Source: Lingula anatina
Taxonomy: Eukaryota; Animalia; Brachiopoda
Direction: 5' to 3'
Length of the DNA stretch: 64,000 bases
Assembly (NCBI GenBank): GCA_051362555.1
Contig: CM120641.1
Coordinates: forward strand, 28,774,401 to 28,838,400
Shown here: positions 27,101 through 37,841 of the stretch, piece by piece
How the letters are laid out: each line of letters begins with the position of its first letter
Numbering within the stretch: position 1 is the stretch's first letter
Notes under the pieces: model-generated
Database searches by the model: none
What the model was told of the DNA's origin: nothing
The model's input: the letters and a program-made list of their open reading frames with translations, nothing else
Program-made: the position numbers and the translations under genes

Positions 27101-30100
27101 AAGGGTGGCACTTCATGGAATAGAACTTCCAAAACATTTTAGTAGATGTTTTTTTTTTTTATAAAACAAATCGGGTAAAGTGTGTTCTCTTGTTATTGGT
27201 ATTCATGTCTTCTTTTACCCTGTCAAACTGGTGAAATGAATCTTCTCGGGTCAAATAAATGTGAGGTAATGAGTAAACACAGTTTTATTCATCAAGTTTG
27301 CTTTGGTATTCGTTACATAAAAGCAGTTTTTTCGGTATCAAAACAAAGCGAATAAATGATGATCACCGTGTAACTTCAAGATATATAATTGTACTACATA
27401 CAAATCACTACAACCAATTTCTTACGTGACTCATGTAAATAATAACCCAAATTAATCACGTTGTCAAAAAAAAAAAAAAAATTGAAACTGCGCCCTTCTT
27501 TATATGTCTGCTCGTAAACTTGAACTATATGTACTATCTGCTCCTCAAGCTCGCAATGAAACGAAGAATGAATAGAAAAGAAATAATGAAATGAAACCCT
27601 GAAGTATTTCTTTTAGTGTTTTTATTTGAACCTATGTTGCAAGTGTCATGTCATTATCTTCACTAAGAATTGAAAAAATTTTAAAATGACAGTGAATTTC
27701 ATCAGGATTAAAAGGAATTAAAAACTCTCTGAACTAGGTGTTTGGACACAGTATTTTAAATGTTTAGAAAAGGAGAAGCTGACATTAGCGAATAAATACA
27801 AAATGTGATAAAATCATTATTAATACAGTGCATCTAGGAATATTGTGTCCTAGAGTACATGTATTGTCGCTATCGCCTAAGTTTTTTTTTATACAAGTAA
27901 GTAAAACTCTTGGAATATATTTCACAAGAAGTTTTTTTTTATTTGATAAAGCAACATTTATGTGAATTAAAATAGTGGAAGTATATCAATTATGTCCCAT
28001 TACGGTGTTCACAATGTATGTAGAAAGGTTTCCATTTAAAAGATATGTTAGAAATATCCGCAATGCCACTTCATATTTAAAATGGAATAAAAAAATACAA
28101 ATTAAGATTAAAAAAGTTCCGCGTCTAAATGACACACCATTTATTCGACGGACCACAATGAATAAGGTGAAATGGAATGGCCTGCTGTGCTCTTCCGTAC
28201 CAGGCGAGGAATTGAGGGTCCACACTATTACCAAACTAATCGTGCTAACGTGTGAGGGGCGTTGCTTCTTGTTCTCGGTATTGGGCAATTTCCTGATGCA
28301 GCATATTAAAGACGGTTTGGTACATGATGGCCAATTTGTTCTTCGAATTATCTATTTCATCTTCGTGTGGGTCAACAGGTGTGAAAGTATGGACGAGGTT
28401 TGATATGTAGAGATGCTTTTGTTGGGTAAGAAATAATTACCACAGTTCAGCCGACGGTTAGAATTCAATAGAAAGGTCTTTTTATCACCACACAGTTATA
28501 AAATATGGTTTTATAATTCTAATTGTATCTCGCTCCCCACGTGAATCTCCATTATTTGTCTTCATCATTCTTAGCCTGAAAAAGGGGGAATGGGACGTCA
28601 GTACTTTTCGCAGCCTTTGCACACACAGTTGCGGACCAAAGATACACAAAATTTACCCAAAATACAAAAACGTCAGGTTATATTTGTTTGCAATGTCCGC
28701 CCAGTCCCTGAATACTGCCCGTATGTCCCTTTTTCTTGTGGCGTCCGTGTGGCGGACAGCCTTGTAAGGATTAACGGCCTCCGTGGCTACCTCTATTTTG
28801 TCAACCTTTAATTTCTGGCTTTTTAAAAATTGTAACCACATAAACAGATGCCATTTCACAATACTGGCATTGTTCACTTGAGGTGATATTTCAGAGACGC
28901 AAAAAATGTTACGTAGATAGAATTCTTGTGGGACATTTACACGGTCATTGCTATTGCAATATCGCTCTTTGTCATTTGTTTGTCTGCTTCTGTAGAATCT
29001 TTTCAGTTGCATAAAAGACACAAAGGTTAAACTATTCATTATGTAATAAATCACTTTCACCATTATTACATAAACGTGTTTCGGCGTGACCCAACGGTTA
29101 ATTGATTTGTTTTTTGATAACTACGCTTTTGTTGTGTTTTTGCAGCGGTTGAGCTTTATGTTAGCCCTCACGCAAAACCTACCCTCTACCAGGGTGGCAG
29201 ATATTATAGGCAAATTTCAAAAAGCCAGAGAATCAAATGGCTGTCTGTTTCTCTAAAGATATATCTGTGAGTATCTTGTGAAAAATCAATCTGTCGGCCT
29301 GGCAGAGGGTACGCAAAACCCAGGCGAGCAAACATTCGTAACATCACCGTGAATTAGGTTAATTGTATAAGCAAGATCCCGATGCCATCTATATTGTTCT
29401 TTGAAGTGCCCTTAAGGATGTATTTCAAATTTCACTGCATTCTCAAAGAGCACACAGAAGTGACAATCTTTTTAAAAAGAAACGAACATGGACACAATGT
29501 AAGCCATTGGTGGGAGAGGGAGGGGGGGCGCAAATGTAAGCTGGTAAAATTGAGCCTTCGGTTGGAAAACGATTATCATAGAGTAAACGTACCTATACTA
29601 TCAGTCAGGTACAAAAGTGACATGAATCACTATGGTACTAAGACTAGGTTCCCACCCCTAGATCGATCTAACAGGATCGGTCCATCTCCACGGGGTTTCT
29701 CGCCAAATTGCGTTCAGATTAAGTGGCTTAGATGTCTGGCACGCCTACTAAAACTGCTAACATAAGCGATAGTAAATTACCCCCTATCAACTTCAGTAGG
29801 CGTGACAGATATCTATGGCCCGTAAGTTAATTGCAATTAAGCGAGAATCTCCTTGGAGATAGTTCGACCCAAAGTTAGTGCGATAGGGTCTGGGAATGGT
29901 CTCTAAGGGGCCAATCAGAATGGATGATCTGAGTACTTACTGATCCGCCGGGCAGAACAATTAAATTTCGGCAATACGCAGCAAGCTTTCAAGTAGGTTG
30001 CGACATATTTGAGCCGCGGCTCAGTATGGCTCAATTAGGCCGTGGCTCAACTTGGTTGTGAACACACCCTGTGTCCTTAATAGAATCTCCAGCCTTGACA

Positions 30101-33100
30101 AATGATATGATGAGATATCATTTGTCAGTGATGTTTTGAAAAACGGATTTAATGTCCATGCATAAACGCATGATATTTCAATGATCACCATGATTTCCAT
30201 ATTCTTTTCAATCTCATGCAAAGTTCGCATTACCTATTATTTTTCTGAAATTTCAGTCCATACTGTGGGCTGGAATAAACACTGCAATATAATTCCTTTA
30301 TAACCCGAGGATGGCCTTCCGCTACCTAACACGCTTCTTTTGACCGTTCTCATACGCGTGGAAAGATTATTCTAGAAGAAGAGAAGGGGGGGGGGGTTAA
30401 TGAAAATTTTGCGACGGGTGAGGTGAGGTCTCCATGTAGCATCCCCTGATTCATGCATTTAAAACTGACATGGTTGAAAAAAATCCTTGTTTTTCCACTT
30501 GAAATACAATATTTGATTAGAAGTAACATGAAGACGCATGTAACACTTCTATGAGATTTGGAGACAAAGAAAATAACGAGGAGCCAACAGAAAAACCTTC
30601 ATAAACTAAAATATTTAACCCAAGATCCAACAGAAGGGTTTGGATCTTACATTTAGCCATCCATACAGTTTAAAATAAGAATCTCAAGGATTTCATTAAA
30701 ATTCGATCCTCAAACGAATGATTTAGATAATAGTATTTTTGAATAAGTCAGTAACTTAGGTTGTTATTTCCCTGTTTAATTAAGAGCATGACTTTGGATT
30801 TTTTGCTCGATTACACTAAGCTTCTGTATCTTTTATTAACAACTAGAAGGGCCATCGGCAGACAGTTGACCTATTTGAAACACAAAGAAGGAAATTGCAT
30901 AAGATCACGTGTCCCCGACCTTATGTAAACCGTATCTTAAATCACGCGATCAATGTAATGTCGATGAAGCAGAACAATAGCGTTAATTATAAAAAAATAA
31001 ATGAAAAATGAATGAAATATGAAATAAGCAAGTAACACGCATAACATTCACTATAAAAAGAGCGGACTTTACGTCTTTTCGGCGTTTCGATATTTGATCG
31101 TCTCACAAACAAGTAATCACCATGATGTTGAAAGCTGTCTGTCTCCTGGCTATTTTGGCCGTGGCGTGTGCCGTCCCTGGAACATACTTCTACCCAGGAC
31201 CAGATGGACGCATCACATACTACCCCCAGGGTTTTCAGCTCGACCGTGCAGCCCAGGTTCGTGGCGCAGCCAACTACGCCTCTATTGCTGCCTCTGGTTT
31301 GAGCAGATATTTCAGGCGCGGTTCCTATCGAAAACGCTACTACCATTAGGCTTGCTGCGGCGCCAGGACGTCTTACTGGGTTAGTAACTGACACCTACAT
31401 GTAAATTTTTTCGTTAAATTCTCGTAAGCTCCTTTTTCTTGGCTCTTATTCTTATCATTGCTCTTATTCTTATCATTTCAAAACCTAGAGAGAATTAAGA
31501 AAATGAAGATATTATATCAGATCTACTAAATATGCGGTTAACACATGACCAAATTCAAATGAATTTCAAGGTTTAGTGGTATCAGTACCGACGTTTTGCA
31601 ACTGACCAGTTCTTGTATGTCCAAATAAACTTTTTATTTCATTTTATCTATAAACTTTTTATTTAGTTATAGACTTTAAATTACTGCAGTTTACATTAAA
31701 ATGGTTGAATTCAAGTATTCATTTCTTTTAAGTAAATACCGACCAACACAATTTTGGGCAGCATAAATATCCGCAGAGCAAAAGAGCCCCAGTGTATTAC
31801 CAGAAAGCAGTATGCAGAATTCAGAATCCGGCTTTTGGTACACGCACATCTCAAACGATGGACATGACATAATTGCGCCGCCTGGCTTTGTTATAACGAC
31901 TTCACCTATACAACCTTGTATTTTACCTAGTCAAATCTTGTGAGATGTTCCTATCAATTGTTTAACAATAAAACAATTTGATTGCCAAACCATCTCCGTG
32001 TTTATTGTTACATGCTCAGTATGTTGACAAGTACATAATGACTAATACGAGATGGCTGATTACATTGCTAAAACGTCTGCATCGCCCTTCAACAGACTTA
32101 CAAATCCACCTGAATAATAAGGTAGCATTAACACATTGTCTTCATTTTAAAGTAAAATCTAAATCAAAGAAGAGAAGGTTAAATCAGAATTTTTTTCAAG
32201 TCAGTTGAGTCAATAAATTTAAGGGAGCGTTCAAGTAAACTTATCAAACTAGCTGGGTCGATCTAACTCTGCGGGGATTCTTGCATAAGTGCAGTTAATG
32301 TAGTCAGTTTAACTGTCTGACACACCTTCTCAACCAGCAAGGGGTTAATTTACTAGCAAAGACTCTAAAAACCTTATAATGATGTAAGCATAAAGGGGTA
32401 GATTTTTCGTAGGTCTTATTTGTTCATAACCATTATTTCTAATGTGATGTCATTCTCATAGCCATGTTTTCATTAGGACTCATTCAGTCAATACCGGATG
32501 CAAAATCAGCAGAATTTCCCAAAATTTGCAATGTGCCAACCGGATATTGACCAGACGCTAAGGTGAAAGGCTACAAAGACACTTTCTTTTCAAGCCAAAG
32601 GTTATAACTTGTCTTAATATAGTTGCCATTATTACTGAACTTTGAAACAAATTGACTCAGAAGGTTAATAGTATGTTCCGTGTAAGTTTGTGTAACACAA
32701 CATCTTCTAAGTAGCACACAAGGTTCTGCTCAAAAATTCAAGGTTATAATTTTGGTATTCTGATCTTGATAACACACAACTTGTTGTCAAGCAGAAAGCA
32801 CTTTTGTTTACGCCCATTTAGTTTCATTGCTTGCTTGTCTATCATTACTCTGCCCATTAGTCCCATTGCAGTCTTTCTGTCTGCTTCTTCTCCTGCCCAG
32901 TGGCAGGACCCTTTGAGCTGTACAGTGTTTGCTGTAACCTGTAACACGGTTTTCACCCTTTCACAAGTTCCAATGTAGCAATCAATCAGAGCGCATTCGG
33001 AACAGCGGACTAACAGATCCGCGGATCAAATATGGCGACCGACTTAAAAGCTTGCCGCTCAAGTTTCAATTAGATACTGAATAGATTCCCCGTGGGAATT

Positions 33101-35182
33101 ACGCAACAAGCATTCAAGTGGATCGGCCATATTTGACAGCGGATCTGTTAGTACGCTGTTCTGAATGAGCTCATAGCTGGCCATGTCGCGTGCTTGGGCT
33201 CCGTTAAAGTTACTCTTTTACGTAAGTGCCTGCCAATTAAGTTGTCAAAATCTCAAACTGGAGCGATAGAGAAAAATGTACCTCTCGATGAGAAATCATT
33301 TCATATACTGTTTATTGCCACTGTTTGTTGTTAGCCCCGGCCGGTAGTCAGACGTGGCAAGCAACTTGACCATATGGTGTGCAGTTTATAGGTGATTTAA
33401 CAAAGTTGAATGGCAGATTTTGAAAAATAAGGCAAAAATCCATGTCGTCATCTTTAATTTTCTAATTTTACTGACCGTCAGTCTATCGTATTTCAAACAA
33501 AACAAAAAGTATAAAGCATAGTTAAATTTCATACCACTTCTTGTTCCCTTGCAAAATGAATGATGACACTAAATTCCCTGCGTTTTGATTTAACTCAAAT
33601 TCATTTCTTAACAACGATGTAACATGTATTTTACATACAAAAACAGTCTTATAAAAAAAAGTAAATATGAACATTTTAGTGAAGGGGAAAACTAGGAACC
33701 GGACCGAAAACTACTACTTGTTTTCAGACAGAATAGTATATAGACGCCCTGTAATGTTGAACTCCTACAAATGTGTTATACCAAACAGAGCACGTAACAT
33801 GCACCTTGTGCTATATGAAGTCCACAAATTCATTTGTCACTTTAATTGACATATATTAAACATGTAGATTTTTCCTCGTGTGACTTGACTTTCACGGGCC
33901 ACGGTTTGGTAACCTTTCCGCATTTATGTAACGGTCCGTTTAAAACGCGCGACTTCACACATGAAAGTCAAATAAAAGCGTGCGAGAATCTGAGGATCCG
34001 CGTGAGTTGGGGTTAACCTTTTAGCAATGAGGGTGAAACTCTATGCGCCGGAAATGTCATCTCAGAAAACAATACAAAAGTTTTACTGGTGGACAAAAGA
34101 CTTTTGTTTACATAAGTTAAAAGGAACAACCAAAATTAAATTTTGTCAGCTTTTATTTGTTGCAGCACGGCACTCGCTAGCCTGCCCTTATTTTTGGCCT
34201 CGTTCCCCTCCAAATCCAGTTAAATCTCGCTGAATTTTGTTGTTTTTAAGTTGCGAGACTTTAGGCCATCTCAGTTGATTTCTTCTAATGAGTTTTGTCA
34301 TGACATCTAGCTCACTATCTTTTGAAAAATCTGTGTAGACCGATTAAAATGCTGTGGTGTCATTATCATTAAAGCAAGTGAGACCCTTTGTCTAGTCATG
34401 CAATTCAATATCTTTAATCACAGATCCTATTAAGATGTATTTACAATAAACAATAAGGTACAATGTACATGTATACACTTAAAGACAGCCGCACGCCATT
34501 TGATCTTCCTGGTGTCCTTAACAGGTATGAACTGTTGCTAACAGCACTGGAACCGTTTTATTCTCGTTTGCTCTACCACAACGGGAGCATTTAAAGCGCG
34601 ATCTCAGACCGTGAAGGATTTTATATCCATTGTTATTCATTAATCTATAGTTTTCAGCAGTCGGGTAAGTCGGTTAAACAAAAGAAATGCAGGTTCTTCC
34701 AAGATAAAAATCGCAAAAGCTTGTTAAACTATTATGTTTCAATATTTTACGTTTTTTGCTTAGCGTGCACCCTGAAATATATGACTGTGTTCATTTCAGA
34801 ATCTCTCTTAATGTGTCCTTTACACCGGCAAACAAAACCGACTTATGTCTTTATTGCTTACCAGCGTGGCAAACGACAATAAAAAACATCCAAAAAATCA
34901 AGTTGCATTTTACCGGAGTATTTCACTGTGCCAGAACCCGCCGTATTGCAGATTAATTATCATTCATCAGGTATCTCCGAATATAGTTATCTATTATTTT
35001 CGTGGATTAAGAGGTTGTAAGAATATCCGTGACAAATCTTTGCATGATTTCTGAGTGTGTGACCCATCTTCCCAAACGAACGATACACCGGCATATGAAA
35101 CAAAAATTACCAGACAAAACGCAAACTCAGTAACTATTCACAAACTTGCGTATAGAATCAAATCGACCATTTACCTGAGCAT
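17100..35182 (-). CDS. Secreted animal heme peroxidase (peroxidase-cyclooxygenase superfamily; chorion-peroxidase/peroxinectin-like), ~797 aa
   Basis: Exons (minus): 35182-35175, 26494-26451, 26348-26292, 24372-24255, 23853-23627, 22956-22768, 22030-21854, 21552-21448, 20905-20786, 20553-20299, 19914-19775, 19466-19256, 18498-18375, 18082-17795, 17430-17100; sum 2394 nt, phases consistent. Motifs: YRTINGSCNNL, FGQFLDHD (distal His), TAYLDLS (Ca site), GDKRLNE (distal Arg, ester Glu), AFRFGH (proximal His), LNNQRGRDHG, DGDRFWYEN. The core (23853-17100) is firm. The first three exons are less certain, and an alternative in-frame ATG exists at 26523. Confidence 0.93.
21097..21136. repeat. (TA)n microsatellite
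   Basis: Seen directly. Confidence 0.95.
23394..23632. repeat. ~105-bp direct duplication that includes a peroxidase splice donor
   Basis: TTAATTTCGCCCCCACC...AAAAAACTTACCGTCCCC occurs twice, 135 nt apart, separated by short TTAATTTCC units. Confidence 0.9.
24617..25049. mobile_element. Two head-to-tail copies of the family-1 Tourist-like MITE (218-bp period)
   Basis: Near-identical units 24617-24831 and 24835-25049, each bounded by TAA; reverse complement of 11095-11304. Confidence 0.85.
25053..25336. mobile_element. Harbinger-like MITE, family 2
   Basis: Ends GAGCGCATTAAGAACAG / CTGTTCTGGGTGCACTC. Shares GCCATATTTGA..GCGGATCTGTTA with 32989-33172. Confidence 0.65.
25647..25824. mobile_element. 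MITE
   Basis: TIRs TGTGCCGGTGTAACGAA / TTCGTTACACCGGCACA. Confidence 0.75.
29642..29903. mobile_element. Tourist-like MITE related to family 1, followed by a family-2 fragment (29907-30020)
   Basis: TAA flanks, shared AGATCGATCTA and GTAAATTACCCCCT motifs, and internal inverted symmetry. Confidence 0.6.
31052..31058 (+). promoter_or_regulatory. TATA box of the small secreted peptide gene
   Basis: TATAAAA 70 nt upstream of an ATG in CACCATG context. Confidence 0.65.
31122..31349 (+). CDS. Small secreted Tyr/Arg/Gly-rich peptide (75 aa), intronless
   Basis: GC-rich ORF with a clear signal peptide (MMLKAVCLLAILAVACA), Kozak-like CACCATG, upstream TATA and downstream AATAAA at 31624. The mature 58 aa contain 9 Tyr and 8 Arg and end SRYFRRGSYRKRYYH. 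Confidence 0.85.
   Translation: MMLKAVCLLAILAVACAVPGTYFYPGPDGRITYYPQGFQLDRAAQVRGAANYASIAASGLSRYFRRGSYRKRYYH
32989..33172. mobile_element. Harbinger-like MITE, family 2
   Basis: Long TIRs GAGCGCATTCGGAACAGCGGACTAACAGATCCGC / GCGGATCTGTTAGTACGCTGTTCTGAATGAGCTC. Confidence 0.75.
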
Positions 35183-35285
35183 CTTGTACGTATCACTTTC
35201 TCTCCAGGCAATGTCCGTGCGGTGCTCCTCCGCGACTGGCACTCCGGCAATTGACCTCCTCGCGGGGCTTTAACAGCGGCGTGTG

Positions 35286-35316
35286 TGACTGCCCGTCACT
35301 AGGCTAATACTTTATA
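35286..35316 (-). promoter_or_regulatory. Putative core promoter of the peroxidase (TATA plus initiator-like sequence)
   Basis: Minus-strand TATAAAG at 35316-35310 and CAGTCAC ~26-30 nt downstream, followed by a GC-rich leader ending ATG CTC AG|GTAAAT. Confidence 0.55.
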
Positions 35317-37784
35317 AGTAAGAAAACGCACATAATTAAAGCCAACACGCAAAAAAGGTCGCCCAACGACGTGCTTTAGAGGCTTGTCATATTCGGCGTG
35401 TTACGGGCGTCTTGCTAATATATTTCGTGTCTGTGGTCCCTCTTTATCTGATAGAATTTTTGAGTGACCTTGTCAGGTAAACGTGCCCAGCAAAAACGTC
35501 TTTTTGGTTGAATCTGTCAAATACGCACTCGTGTGTATTCATGTTAAGATGCTTCTTTAAACTCAAGTAATATTTGAAAAGATAACGTATGTACACAAAA
35601 AGTGATCAAACGGACCTATAACGAAACATTTCTGCATTATTCTCACTCACCTGAGAAGTTTGTATATCCTACAAACGTTATACCCGGTATCTTTTTGAAG
35701 GAGGCCTTATATTAAGGTTACAACAGACTTATAATTATCCAGTACCAAATCTTCTGTTACTCATAGAGGTTTGGTAGGCTGATGATAGAATATGTCGTCT
35801 TTTGGGCATCTAGAAAACTTAAGGCTTAGTGTGTTATCCTCCGTGCCATAAACCCCTGTGTAGACTTTACCAATGCACCCATGAAATATATGTGTCTATT
35901 AAGAAACTCATTTATATAACTCCGTGACCCGTGCTCATACACAATTTGATCAGAATCTTTACTACGTGTAATTCAAAAATATCATTTGACTTTCAGAGGT
36001 GGGCCACTAATCAATGTTATATTTACAGGTATATACAATTAATAAATAAATAAAATAAATAAATAAAATACATTCAAGTAAATATTTATATAGTTATTCC
36101 TTATACATATATGTAAGAGCCACGAGACACGTGCGCTTACTCGTGTTGATGGAAATCTTTACTGTAATTTTCTTCGGGCGGGTGCTCAGATTACAGTAAC
36201 CTCATATGCATATACGCACATCTGATCTCCCAAAATTATTTAACAAGACTTATGAAAGAGTTGAAATAACTTGAATCACCATAAAATACAATATATGGAA
36301 GTTTTTAGGAGAGTTCACTACAATTCCCATAAATTGCAGACATGACACGCTGTTCTCGGGGAGACTTCAGAAATATTTATGGTATCACTATCTTCACTTA
36401 TTCCTGCGCAAGTTTGTTCCCATATTTCAGTACCGCCCAGATTGATAAAAACATGCAAACAGTAGTATGAATATGTCATAAACTTATTTATGTATCCTAA
36501 TGTTCACAAGCACAATGAATCTCTGTTTTTGCTCAAAGGTAAATAAGACTTAAGTCCACATTACTGAAAATTGTCATTTATTAGTGACGAAAAATAATAT
36601 GTTACAAAAATGAGGGATAATCAGACATCCCCAATACTATATAACTATCATAATATATTATTACTAAAGAAGGTTAATTAGTGCAACCAACATTTATTAA
36701 GAAAAATAAAGTGAAACAACAAAAGCTATTGGAGCAAAATGTTGGCACAAATGAAAATGACATACGCTTATTCTTATAAACCTTTACACCGATACCATTT
36801 TTTTTCCTGTTCAGCTGCCTGACTTAACAAGGCTACTCCCAGTTTGCACAGATAGAAAATAACAGTCCCAGATACTTGTAATATGGAAAATTAAATTAAG
36901 ATTAATTCAGATTAAATTTGAATTTAATTTATATTAGAATCATAGAGTTGAATTATAATCCTGCCTGTGGGTCTTAGAGATACGTACACATGATCTTAAC
37001 CACAAGACTAACCATGTCATATGAATTGATATATATAGTAGATGCAACAAAGATCCTTTTTGACCACAACTTTTTTTTTACTTTTAATGTAAAGAATGTG
37101 TTTTTCTTCATATATTTTATGGTTGAACTTTTTCTAAACCACATTGGCTTTCATTAATTTATTGCCTTTTTTATCCCATCCAAGAATGCAGCTACTGTAC
37201 ATTTATCCAATATTTTAGTAAATGTTTTACTACACGCTATTAACAATACTATTTCCCATACTGTTTAGGTCATAATATACAGCACTTCTTCTCGCCTCTT
37301 TCAATAAGAACCATGACCTAGGACACTGTTAAACAAAAGCAATAAATATGAAATAATTATATGTTTTAAGCATTCAAAAGAGTCTTTGGTAACACCATCT
37401 GTATTCGAAGATTTGCTATCTTTCGTATCTTTTATCGCATTATCATATCCCTATAGCATCCTTTTGTATTTCCTTGACCTCAAAAGGTATGTGTAGTTGT
37501 TACAGTTTTCTGGTTATACAACTTTCGCAATACGTATCACGTGCATTGGATTTATTGGCATTATTATTATTATCATCATCATTGTTATTAATTTTATAAT
37601 TACTGTTATTATTTTTATTATGACATTCCGTATGCATTGTTGTACCGTACCGATGACAAAAATGTCACGGTGAAATACACTATCACTATCACATTACTTC
37701 GTTTCCGCTTCAGTTGTAACAACTTATGAACAATACTGATTCTTGTGGAAATATACGGCTATGTGTTTGATATACGAGTAATGT

Positions 37785-37841
37785 ATAATAATAATAATAA
37801 TAATAATTATTATTATTATTATTATTATTATTATCATCATC
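37785..37841. repeat. (AAT)n/(TAT)n inverted microsatellite
   Basis: An AATAATAAT run switches to a TATTATTAT run, then (CAT)n. Confidence 0.85.

Noticed and set aside
28653-28720. LicD/fukutin-like motif in DWADIANKYNLTFLYFG
   Set aside because: The diagnostic GTLLG...PWDDD motif does not follow, so the family call is unsupported.
30987-31394. 135-aa antisense ORF and 96-aa alternative-frame ORF over the peptide gene
   Set aside because: Shadow ORFs of a GC-rich coding region. Only the 31122 frame has a signal peptide, Kozak context and TATA.
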